A stretch of 64,000 bases of DNA from positions 1,302,001 to 1,366,000 of the forward strand of contig LSRY02000018.1 in NCBI GenBank assembly GCA_001643675.2. Reading direction: 5' to 3'. Position 1 is the first letter of the stretch. Every line of letters starts with the position of its first letter. This DNA comes from Monocercomonoides exilis PA203 (lineage: Eukaryota; Protista; Preaxostyla). Made by a program: the position numbers and the translations under genes. The notes beneath the pieces were generated by a model. It had not been told where the DNA came from. It searched no databases and saw only the letters and a program-made list of their open reading frames with translations. Shown here piece by piece: positions 46,115 to 56,876 of the stretch.

Positions 46115-47108
46115 GACCTTAAAGGAATTGAGCGGGTCAATTCGAATTGATTAAGTCGAAACGTTTTTTGTTTGTTTTATTGGTTTTGACTCAATCGATT
46201 CGGTTTTCCCTCAATCTTTTTTGTGATTAAAAAATCAAAAATTTTATATCAATTTTGATCATAATTCTTGTTGTTCTTTTCTGGTTTTCGGTTTGAAAAC
46301 AGTTTGTTTTTAGTAATTATTTGATATGTTTTTTAAAGTGTTATTTTTTGTATATTTGAAAAAGGTAATTCAGTAATCATGAACAATTCATCCGATATTT
46401 TTGTTGTTGTTGTTTTTTGAAATTCCGAATTAAGAAATTAGTTTCAAATATTCTAACATGCGTATTAAGAAGCAATTATGTCACATTTATATATGGCTTT
46501 GTTATTTATGGTGTGGTTTTGTTTTTTAAGGATTTTTCGAAAAAGCAAAAAGTTTTATTTGACTTTTAGTGAACAAAGAATTAAACAAATTGTGTTTTTG
46601 TATTTTTTCATAATATTAATTGATGCGTAACCATTTCTTTGATTAGAAAGATCTCTTCACTTGTTTTGTTATGTTTGTTATCTCAATTTTGAAATTCTGT
46701 TTTTTTATTCAATTTCTTTGTGATCAAATAATTTTTTTACTTCTCATATCAACAATATTTTAACAAAAAATGAGTTCTTCATGATTTTTTTTTTGGTTTT
46801 TTGTAATTTGAACAAAAATGAAGTTCAATATTGAATTCTTGAAAAATGAAAATTTTTGAAACTAAATTTTTTTCTGTTATAAACATTTATTAATCAATGC
46901 AAATGTTATGTACTTCAATTGTGAACAAAAAAGGCAACATAAAACAAAAGTTCGATCAGGGGTTTGCAAATGATCAGAGACCCAGAATTGAATCAATCGG
47001 TATTTACTCAATCAAAACGGGTTTGAGTCTAACTTTTTGGTTTTATGGACCACTAATTGGTATTAGAATGAGCCAACGGGTATTGATTAGGCAATTTCGT
47101 TTAAGGTC
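46115..47108. mobile_element. Non-autonomous ~1-kb TIR element, TA|GACCTTAAA...TTTAAGGTC|TA
   Basis: TAGACCTTAAAGGAATTG at 46113 versus the reverse complement of CAATTTCGTTTAAGGTCTA ending at 47110. Non-coding AT-rich interior. Confidence 0.65.
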
Positions 47109-47532
47109 TAATGAAAAATAGAGAAAAGGTGATAATCATAAGGTTAAAATCTAAAAAAATATTAAAAAAATTTTTTTATTAGAACTAATTCAAATTGAAC
47201 GAATCAGTTTTCATTGATTCTGATATTTTGCTTTGAATTGTTCTTATTTGATTTGATTTTATCAAATATTATTTGAATTGATCTTATTTCGGATCTTTTC
47301 AGAAATTATAATATCACCGTGTTGATCATCTTTTTTATTATTTTGTGCTTTTTTCGATGAAGTTTGAATATCAATTTGTGAATTAACCAGATATCTGCAT
47401 CTTTAATATATTATTTCTTCATTCACTCACTTTTTTTACAGATTCCATTTCTGATTCGGATCATGTGTTTTATAGAAGAACTCGTTCCATAGAATCAAAA
47501 AGTCTATGATCATAACAAAAAAATACTTGATA

Positions 47533-47774
47533 TGGGTGATTCTTTTTGAAAAGTCACAAATGTTTAATTATCAAATAAATCCAAAATTTCATATTTTGCT
47601 CAAATTGATGTTAACATATACCAAACTTCGCTAATATAGAATCTATTTCTGTATAATGCTATTACAAACATTCTTAAGAAGATTTGTGAGTGGAAACCGT
47701 CATTTGAGCAAAATATGAAAATTATGATTTCTTAGAAAATTAAACATTTGCGACTTTTCAAAAAGAATCACCCA
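47533..47774. mobile_element. MITE (~240 bp) with TGGGTGATTCTTTTTGAAAAGTC TIRs
   Basis: Imperfect inverted arms of ~75 bp with perfect termini. The flanks read ATAT, so the TSD is TA or AT. Confidence 0.85.
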
Positions 47775-47837
47775 TATGAATGGAGTATTCATCTATTATT
47801 GTTATTTATCGGCATTATAATTTTGCTATACATAAAA

Positions 47838-47841
<4 letters not shown>

Positions 47842-47872
<31 letters not shown>
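47842..47872 (+). repeat. Poly-T tract
   Basis: Directly visible. Confidence 0.9.
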
Positions 47873-47873
<1 letters not shown>

Positions 47874-48101
47874 ATAATTCTTAATGAGTTTTTCATATTG
47901 AAATGAAATATAACATGAAAGTTTAATATATTTTGATGATTATTTTTTAATATTACCAAAAAAAGGTTAAAAATCGAAAATTCAATTATTTGTCAAGAGT
48001 GAAAAAACTTTAAACAGTTTAACGAAATGAGAATCAGTGTTTGATACGTTCTCGCTTTCAAAATTCATTTCGGTATGATTTTAAATAAATGTTTTCAACA
48101 A

Positions 48102-49713
48102 TTATTTTTTTGGAGAAGAGGAAAAAAATACAGATGGTATTTGGAGATTTGATGCCGATGTTGATGAAGATGTTAAAGGAAGTGACACTGTAATTGAAGA
48201 AGTTGATGATGTCGGTTGATTTTGACTTTGTTGTTGCAGCGTATGAGATGATGTCACAGTCGATGAAAATGACAAAGGAGGTGATGGGAATGGTTGAATT
48301 GATAAGGATGGAAATGAATTTGTTGCATCCCACTGAAGAGGAAGGTGCCATGCTTGCGAATTGTTGCAAATGAGATCTTCATCGCTGTCAATGTTTCTTT
48401 CTTCATTCAAAGCTTGAATTCTTTTTTCATTTCTTATTTCCAGAACTTCTAAATTCGCTTTCTCTCTTCTTTCTTTGGAAATCGCAGCTGAAATAGTTCC
48501 TTGATCAGTATCCGATATATCTGAAATATGAAATATGGAAAATTGATAAATATAAAATGAAAAATTAACAAGTTCAAATTAAAAATAATGGAAAAAAAAG
48601 TGAAGATAATCCTCCTGTTTCTTCGAAAAATGAAGATATTGTGGGAGTCAATGTTTTTCCAGGATTAAGCCTATTCTTCATTTTCGCAAAATATCTGGCA
48701 TTTGCTATCTTTTTTGCTTCTTTTCTTTCCAAATATTTTTCTGTCATTTCATCCAAAAATCTTGTATTAGCTTCAGAATCTATTTCTGTAAGAGGGTTAT
48801 GAAGAATATGAAAATTTGTTAGACAACAAGCAACAGAAAAATAATCAGCAATTTTTTCTATCTCAAAAACCCATGGTCTGCGAAAAACTGTGAATAATGT
48901 TTTGAGTTGACCAAAAAACCGTTCAACAATCACTCTGAGTGAAGCCAACTCCGGAGTTCCGATTGGTTTTGTGATGATTGCTCCTAATTCAGGCTTAGCT
49001 CCGATATATGCAGAATCTGCGAATATTTTAGCTCCTCCAAGTTGTGTTTGAAACGTAGGATAGTGATCCTTAAATATAGAAAAATCGTGTGTTGAACCCG
49101 AATATATGGAACTGATCGTACTGGCTGTTCCAATTCGAGGATTCACTCCCACCTCCGCCTTTACGCAATAAATATGATGTTTGCCAGAAAAATATTTCTT
49201 TCCGTACTCTAACTTTCCCCCCGGACGATTGATTGGTGTGACAGTACAATCAACAATGATTCCTGCTTCTTCAAAACCAGCAATTCTGTCAGGACGAAAA
49301 GACGGAAATAAATGAGCCAGTTGATTTTTGACAATCGAAATAGTTGAATGGAGAAGGCGAATTGTCGAAGATTTTGAATCTTGTTTTGGTTGTGCAAGCA
49401 AATGTGTCAAAGTGTAAGATCCATGATGAAGGAAATTCAGAAGCAAAAAAAGCTGTTCATCAAACGAGTTGATGGATTAAGTACGACCTCTTCGTGGAAA
49501 ATCACACGGAGAAAGTAATCGAATCAGCATATCAAACTGTGCTCGTACAAATCCTGTCAGACGATAGAACCCAAAAGATGGGTCGATAAATTTTTGACAA
49601 GCAATATCGATGATTGATTTCTTTTCTTCTTCTTTAATTTTTTCAACATGATTGGGAATCGCATTTCTTTTCTCCACTTTTTTCAAAACTTCCAACAATG
49701 GAATTTGTGACAT
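48102..49713 (-). pseudogene. IS5/ISL2-like (DDE_Tnp_4, Harbinger/ISL2EU group) transposase, copy A, probably inactivated
   Basis: FYRLTGF, IVDCT, YFSGKHH, GSTHD, ADSAYIG and RVIVERFFG motifs. One in-frame TAA at 49477-49479 (RRGRT*SINSFDEQ) where copy B has Lys. The colinear intron 48521-48611 starts GA instead of GT. Exon 2 ends at 48102. Confidence 0.85.
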
Positions 49714-50050
49714 AATTGTTAATGACAAAAAAAGGTGACAAACAAAAATTTCCATTTTTCATGATTTTTCTTGATGATCCTTGCACCCAGAATTGTGTAT
49801 AATTGCTAAGATTCAATCAATTCAATTTAGAACAACCATAAATTGCTTTTTATGTAACTTTAATGGATTTGATTTGGCAAATACCATGTGAAGAAATAAA
49901 TATGTTTCAGTTCTATTTTTGATCATTTTTATCAATCAAAAAAAAAAATTATTTCGTATGTTTTTGAAGATTCAAAAAATTTTAAAAAATAAAAAAATGG
50001 ATGAATTTTGGAATTGGATAAAGTGATGAGAGTGAAATTTGAGATAACTA

Positions 50051-51715
50051 GTCGGGGTGGAAACCCGAGCCACTTTGATCAAAATTTTCAAATAAAGTTT
50101 TTTGATCATGATGGAGAAGGTTATACCCTCTTTGGCCAGGCTGTTGGCTACAAGTGAAATGCGTTCAATGGAAGACGATACTATCAAAGCAATATATGCC
50201 TATGACATTTAAAACTTTTCTGAGCGAGAAATTGAGGAGTGTAAATTAATATCACGTGGATCACTGCAAAGAGCTATCAAAGCGAGAAACGAAGGTAGAA
50301 AAATAAGAAAGTGCGGAAGACCGACTCTTTTTACCATTTCAGAAGAGGATGATTTTGAACAGCAAATATTGGAAGAGGTGCGCAATGGAAAAAATCCAAC
50401 AAAGAAATTCATAGAGCAAATGGTTTCAATGCATTGTTTTTATATTTTTATTTAACAATTTTTTTTATTTTGGCCAACGAGTTGTTATTGAAGAAGCGAA
50501 AAGATGATGAAGATGTAAAAAAGGTGGACAAACATTGGATTGATAGATTTTTAACCAGACATCCAAAAATTGAACTTGTCAAGCCTAAAGCTTTACCAAT
50601 TGGACGTGTGGCGCACACATGCAAAATGGTTTTGAATCCATTTTTTAATTGTTATGATTTGTATATACAGCAAATAAAACCTCTACCACTGTTGATTTTT
50701 AACATGGACGAAACATCAACATCCTTTTCCGACTCGGAGCAAGATTTTGTAGCATCATCTTCTCCTACTCCTTCATCTTTTATTGCTGAGCCATCTCTTC
50801 CATCTTCAACCACCATCGTATTTATGACTAGTGCGGATGGCTGCAGATATATTACTCCAGTTCTGATCCCATTTAAAACAATTCCCAACGAATATAGACT
50901 TGCTACAACCTCACTTGAGGTTTTTATACCAACTGCAAATGGACATCTAACTTCAAATCTATTTCTGGAATTATTTAGAAAATATTTTCTGCCGGAAATA
51001 TTGAAAAAAAAGAATCAGATTGGAGAAAATTTTCGACATGCAGCTCTTATTATGGATGGAGGAGTAGGCCATTTTCAGGAAGATATAAAGAAAGAATGCA
51101 GAGATAACTTAATTGATTTGATAAAATTACCATCTCATTCATCCCACATTCTCCAGCCAAACGATCAATTCATTTTTGCCAATATGAAGCGCGTTTTTTC
51201 AAAATCAAAGGATTGTGGCATGGTTACATCAGCATCTGCGAGAAGAGAAGCCTTTGTGAAAGTTCTGAAAAATGGAATAGCTGCAGCAAGCTATCCAGAT
51301 ACGATTATCGCATCATGGAGAGTGAGCGGAATGTGGCCAGTGAATAAAGAAGATATTCTCAAGCACATTCCAGATTCACCTCCAGAATGGGCTCAATCCG
51401 AAATTGAACCAAAAAAAGCTCCTGAAGGTGCAACTTATGGAGCAGTTTACAAAGCTTCCGATAGGCTTGAAAACCTTTTTAAATAAACAATTTTTGATCT
51501 TTGTTATTCTTCTTTATTTTTCATTATCTTTCTTTTTTTTCAATTCAATTGAATATTTTCAACATGTGCAATGAAGAAATATTGTATTTTTTTTATTATT
51601 TTGCATAAATAAAAACTCAATTTGAAAAAATTTAACAAAAAATGGAAAAAATATTTTTATAAATGAAAAGATTACTGGCTCGGGTTTCCTCCCTGGATCG
51701 GGTTTCCTCCCCGAC
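50051..51715 (+). mobile_element. pogo/Fot1-like DD35D DNA transposon with TIRs and TA target duplication
   Basis: TA|GTCGGGGTGGAAACCCGA ... TCGGGTTTCCTCCCCGAC|TA, enclosing a DDE_1-type transposase gene. Confidence 0.9.
50108..51486 (+). pseudogene. pogo-type transposase (HTH, GRP linker, DDE_1), 2 exons, with a premature TAA
   Basis: Exon 1 (50108-50422) has CGRPTLF but an in-frame TAA at 50210. Intron from 50423 to 50472 or 50481. Exon 2 has WIDRFLTRHP, IFNMDETS, LIMDGGVGH and LPSHSSHILQPNDQ (35 residues between D2 and D3). Confidence 0.85.
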
Positions 51716-51717
51716 TA

Positions 51718-52685
51718 GAACTTGATTGATTTGACTGCGTCAAGTGGCATTAGATCGGTCAACATCCAATAAGATCGATCTAATACCATTAAGATACAGT
51801 CAAATTGGATGTGACTCAGTCACATCCGATCATTTCCATTCTGGGTGTCATGATCAAAATATTTTTGTAAAAAAATTATTATTAAAATCAATAAATTTCG
51901 TTATATTTAATATCATTTTGATTGATTTTAACAATTTTTAATTCTGAATGGTTTTTTATTTTGTATGTTTTTTAAAATTATTGATATTTCACCGAAAAAC
52001 CTGGAAATTCTTATTGTTTTTGTTTGATAATGATTATTGGTGAATTATAAAAATGATATAAGTTAATTTCATTTCATTTTTCAATAATTTGAACAAGTTT
52101 CATTTGTTTTTTTCATTTCACTAATATTTTCAGAAAAAAGAAAAAATTCAAAAAAAGAAGCTTTCGAATCATATATTCTTTTTATTTTTTATTCGAAATG
52201 AAAAAATTTCAAAAAATGATTGATTAATAAACACACAACAGTTAAGAAAACACAAAAAAGTTTAATTTTTCATAAATGTTGAAAATTTACAAAAAAAATG
52301 AATATGAAAATGTAAAAAATGTATTATATTAACAATTTTATTTCGATTATTGTTGGAAAAATTTGTTGCAGAGTCGCAATGATAAATAAATCAAGTTTTA
52401 AAATTGCTGAATTAAACAAAGAAAACAACAAAAAATCAAACGAATATCAAAAAAATGTATTTTAAACAATAACATATTGAAAATTCAACGTTTATGAACT
52501 TGTAATAATAAAAATATTAATAAAACAAAAAAATGTTCGATCACAATTCGTGATCATAAAAATCACAATTTCGCCCTTGTTGAGATTGAGAGAAATTCGA
52601 TTAAAAATAGAGAAATTCGATAAACCAGACAAAAATCGATTTGACTGAGTCACATTTTCGCGACTCTGTCAAATCAATAAAGTTC
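51718..52685. mobile_element. Non-autonomous ~970-bp TIR element, TA|GAACTT...AAGTTC|TA
   Basis: 24-bp TIR GAACTTGATTGATTTGACTGCGTC versus GAACTTTATTGATTTGACAGAGTC (reverse complement of the right end). Subterminal inverted GTGACTCAGTCA (~51811) / TGACTGAGTCAC (~52642). Confidence 0.85.
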
Positions 52686-52889
52686 TACTAGAACCTTTTG
52701 TGTTTTATTTGATGCATCCGCAAAAGATATATTAACACTTAATAATATCGATTGAAAACCAAATAGAATCAAACTTATTTGATTTGATTCAATAACATTC
52801 ATATTCACAAATGTTGGTTTCGTGATCATTAATAACAAAATTTCAATATTTGGTTTTGATCAAACGAAAGTTGTTCTTATTTTTTTCTG

Positions 52890-54413
52890 ATGTCACATTC
52901 AAATTTTTTGGACGTTTTGAAGAGTGTGGAGAGGAGAAATATTATTCCACAACGGAATGAATCACTTCAAAAGGAAGAAAAAATTTCCATCATCAAAAAA
53001 GCTTGTGACTTTTTTGATGATCCTGTTTCTTCTTTTTTTCGACTTACTGGATTCACAAAAGAAGAATTTGATTTTCTCATTCACATTCTTCAAATGGAAG
53101 TTCCTCATCGTCGAGGGAAACTGAAAGCAATCAACAATTTTGATGAACAGTTATTCTTGTTACTCACTTTTCTTCATCACGGTTCAACAACACTCACACT
53201 TTTATTATCCACACCTTTCTATGAAACTCAAAACGCTCTTGTCAGACTTCTTCACAGTATTGTTTCTCATATCAGAGCTCCATTAGCAGATTTGTTTTTG
53301 ACATTTCGCCCTGACAGGATTGAAGTGATGAAGGAGGTTGGAATTGTTTTGGACTGCACAATCATTCCCATCAACAGACCTGGAGGTCGATTAGACTTTG
53401 GGAAAAAGTTTTTTAGTGGGAAACATCACACATATTGTGTGAAAGCTGAGGTTGGAGTCAATCCCAAAGTTGGTACAGCAAGTACTATCAGTGCAATTCA
53501 TTCTGGCTCAACTCATGACTTTACAGTCTTTAAAGATCATTATCCTCAATTTTTGGATCGTTTGGGAGGGGCAAAAATATTGGCTGATTCGGCTTACATA
53601 GGAGCGAGACCTGATTTGGCTGCAATTATCACCAAACCAGTGGGAACACCAGAGCTAGCTACTCATCGAGTCATCGTGGAACGGTTTTTCGGTCGTCTGA
53701 AGACCCTCTTTTCAGTTTTTCGAAGACAGTGGCCATTTGAAGTTGAAAGGGTTGCTGATTATTTCTGTGTGGCTTGTTGTTTGACCAATTTTCATATATT
53801 ACGAAATCCATTGACAAGAGCAGATGGGGAAGCAAATCAGCGTATTTTGGACAACTTGTGGACGGAGCATTTACAAAAACAAAAAGCAAGACAAATAGCG
53901 AATGAGAGATATCGAATAAAATTGAAAAATAGATTGAATCCGAGCTTGTCAATTACACCCACAATAACTACTTTACACGCACAAATAGACAGTTTATTAT
54001 TCATTACTTTACCCATATTTATATTCATTATCTTTTATTTGATTTTTTTTGATAACTCTTTCAACCATTATATTTTCTCTTTTTTTTATTCAGATATTTC
54101 ACAGAATGAAAAGGAAGGCGAACTGAAAAAGAAATGTGAAGAAGAAAAGAAAGAAAAGCGAAAAATCGAAGAAAAAGAAGAAAAAGAAGAAAAAGATAGA
54201 AATGAAACGAAAAGGATTGATTTGGAAGAAAATGATAGTGACGAAGATGATAATTCTATGGCCTGGTGTTTACCAGGTCAGTGGAAATCAATCCAACATT
54301 CTTCTGCATCTTCTTCATCTCCTTTTCCTTCAACTCCACGTTCATCAGAAGCAGAAAAGGCGAAAAGAATTACACCAAGTCCTTTAAGGCTTCTTTTGGA
54401 ACAAAGAAATTAG
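52890..54413 (+). CDS. IS5/ISL2-like (DDE_Tnp_4) transposase, copy B, apparently intact, with one likely intron (53992-54093)
   Basis: FFRLTGF, FDEQLFLLLTFL (HTH_Tnp_4-like), VLDCT, FFSGKHH, GSTHD, LADSAYIG and HRVIVERFFGRLK. The Phe/Ile-rich stretch in the ORF corresponds to a 102-nt GT-AG intron. Confidence 0.9.
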   Translation: MSHSNFLDVLKSVERRNIIPQRNESLQKEEKISIIKKACDFFDDPVSSFFRLTGFTKEEFDFLIHILQMEVPHRRGKLKAINNFDEQLFLLLTFLHHGSTTLTLLLSTPFYETQNALVRLLHSIVSHIRAPLADLFLTFRPDRIEVMKEVGIVLDCTIIPINRPGGRLDFGKKFFSGKHHTYCVKAEVGVNPKVGTASTISAIHSGSTHDFTVFKDHYPQFLDRLGGAKILADSAYIGARPDLAAIITKPVGTPELATHRVIVERFFGRLKTLFSVFRRQWPFEVERVADYFCVACCLTNFHILRNPLTRADGEANQRILDNLWTEHLQKQKARQIANERYRIKLKNRLNPSLSITPTITTLHAQIDSLLFITLPIFIFIIFYLIFFDNSFNHYIFSFFYSDISQNEKEGELKKKCEEEKKEKRKIEEKEEKEEKDRNETKRIDLEENDSDEDDNSMAWCLPGQWKSIQHSSASSSSPFPSTPRSSEAEKAKRITPSPLRLLLEQRN

Positions 54414-55039
54414 TTTTTTTTTTTTTTTTTTTTGTAATTTTTACCTATTTTTCAATCATTCACCTTTTTTTAAAAAAAAAAATAAAAGAGAATAAAAAAT
54501 ATAACTTATTGTATGTATGTCATAAAATATTTATAAAAAATATTGAAATGAAACAAAAATCGTTGTTTCCCCTTGAGTTTAATATGAAATAAACGTTGAA
54601 AAAGTATTATCAATGATCCTGATTTTAAATAAAACGTCACAGCTGTTAATAGCTCAAAACATATAAAAATAATCATAAGAATTAATATAAATGCTCAATC
54701 GCAAGGATATCATGTGAAAGAATTAAAAATAAATGCAAACCTTTTGAACTTTAAAAAAACTCAAAATTTGCTGAAAACAGATCAAAACACCATGGATTTT
54801 ATATAGATGCATAAAATATCAAAGTTTTGTGAATAATCGAAACGAAAGAATCAAATAAAAGAAGAAACAAAAAAATAACAAGATCAGTTTTTCAAACATT
54901 TCGTAATTCCTATTTTGGACCAAGTGAGATTGAGAAAGTTCCAATTTGATTGAATCAATTCCAAAAAAGGAGGTTGACATCTATGTTGTAAAATCAAATT
55001 TATTTTTTGCTCAAGATTCGAAAAACGTCTACTAAACAA

Positions 55040-55113
55040 GTCGCGATGGTGTAGTTGGTTATCACAATTGCCTAACACGCAATAGGTCTCCGGTTCAATC
55101 CCGGATCGCGACA
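55040..55113 (+). tRNA. tRNA-Val (AAC), identical to the 41701-41774 copy
   Basis: Same 74-nt cloverleaf followed by a T-run terminator. Confidence 0.95.
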
Positions 55114-55248
55114 TTTTTCTCAATTTATTATGTTTTTTGTTTTTTATGGTTTTTAAAATAAAAGAAATAGATTTGAAAAAGAAGTTCAGAATCGTGATCA
55201 CAAATGCATTTTTATTTATTTTTGGGAAAAACGCTCTTATATATTTAT

Positions 55249-55278
55249 TGGTCTAAGGTTCAATTCCCACTTCGTACA
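55249..55278 (+). pseudogene. Internally deleted tRNA remnant (tRNA-Leu-like)
   Basis: D-loop-like TGGTCTAAGG fused to a T-arm/acceptor 3' half GGTTCAATTCCCACTTCGTACA, with a T-run just downstream. Confidence 0.5.
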
Positions 55279-55465
55279 ACATATTTTTTAATTTTTTTAT
55301 TTTTTTTCTGTTGTTATTGTTGCTTCACTTCATTTTGATGAATCGGGAAAATAAATCACTTTTAAAACAAACATATGAAAATTGACCTTTGTACCGTTTT
55401 GTGAAATGAACAATGAAAGAAAAAACAAAAATAATGAATCATGAAATTTGAAGAATTTCATTTCC

Positions 55466-56876
55466 TCAAACATTCACAAGATAATCAGAAATATTCAAAG
55501 ATAACGAATGATCATAATTTCTTTTAAAAAATTCTAAAGCCTCATGAAAGCTTGTGATGATATCTTCGCATCCTTCTTCTTCTATCTTTTCAAATATCTT
55601 CCTTTTGGTTACCTTTCTGTTCACTTCTATTTCATTATCCGTTTTTTCTTTCAATCTATTAATAACATTCGCAAGGAATTTCAAGCTTTCAAATAACATT
55701 CTGTCATCCAACGTTGGTCGCTGCATCCCCTCCAAAGCAGCATCAACTGCTCCTCCTTTCAGCAAGTAATCAATTTTCACAGCTCCCCTTTTTGCTGCTC
55801 CTCTTAATAGGCTTATGCTCCAGTTGCAAATTGTTCCGTTTCTATCCATTGATGCTCGAAACATTTGAACAATGCTGCTGATAAGTTCAACAAACCCTTC
55901 ATAACATGGTCTGCACGAGAGAAAGAAATCAAAAAATGCACAGAGCCATCTCCTAATAATACATACTTCTTTTGCTTCCCCTTCTCCATTTCCCTCTTCT
56001 TTCTCTCTCTTCCAATCAACACACTTTCTCAACTCTTCCAGTTCTCTGGCTGCTTCTCTCCCCAAATGCAGCTCATTCGCGATGACTACTTTTGATGTTT
56101 CGAATTTGATCATCAGTTTGATCAAAAACTGCCAAGCAGACTGATAGGCAAGACGAGTGAGGTTGAAATGCTTTTGATGATATTTGATGATCTCTTTTAT
56201 TTCATCCAAATACAATTTTTGTTCGATAAACTAATTATTAAAAAAAAATTCAATTTATCAATCAAAAAATAAATCATGCCTTATTGTACCCAATATTGTT
56301 CAGTGCCATCAAAGCAATTTCCACTTCTTTTTGCGTTTCCTCATTTTCCTCTTTGTTCAATGCAACTTTCAGAAGACAAGGCAAGCTAATTGAAATCAAT
56401 TCTTTTGAAATGCCTTCAAAGAGCATAAGATAGCATTCACAAAGACCAACAAGCAGGTTTTCGTTTTTAACTTTTTTTTTCTTTTCTTTAATTATCATCT
56501 TCTCAAATCTTTTGCACAACAAAGTATTTTTCAAATTCAGACCCCACATGCTTTTCATCACTTTGCAGCATCCAATATGTTTCACCAACGAAATTGTATT
56601 TTCTATCGAAAGTTTCTTTTCTTTAATCATTTTGTCCATTTTGTTGAATAGCTCCATTGTGAAAATAGAATCGAATTCCTTTTCATCCATTTCTTCCATC
56701 AATGTATTCATATCAAATATTTTCCGTTTTTGATCTTCCTCATCGCAATCTTCTAGCTCACAAAACAAATCTTCAAAAAAAAGAAAAGAAAGAAAAAAAA
56801 ATGTCAATAATCAAGAATTAAAATGAAATTGCAATTGAAAACCTGTGAACTTTTTTGTGTTATCTGTTTCCTGCAT
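55466..56876 (-). CDS. Lineage-specific helical hypothetical protein, paralog 1 (3 exons)
   Basis: MQETDNTKKFT|intron|DLFCELEDC...LLKVALNKEENEETQKEVEIALMAL|intron|...YHQKHFNLTRLAYQSAWQFL...EEEGCEDII. Colinear with paralog 2. Confidence 0.75.

Noticed and set aside
34033-50212. Possible TAA/TAG=Gln or TGA recoding suggested by in-frame stops in eIF4A and the transposases
   Set aside because: Multi-kb ORFs are open in the standard code, genes end in TAA, one stop aligns with Lys, and the eIF4A copy also has frameshifts.
53992-54093. Transmembrane segment in transposase copy B
   Set aside because: It coincides with a T-rich GT-AG intron whose position is matched in copy A.
44672-55255. TAGACC (44672) and GGTCTA (55250) as TIRs of one 10.6-kb composite element
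   Set aside because: Only 6 bp match and no TSD; the right motif is better explained by the tRNA-like remnant.
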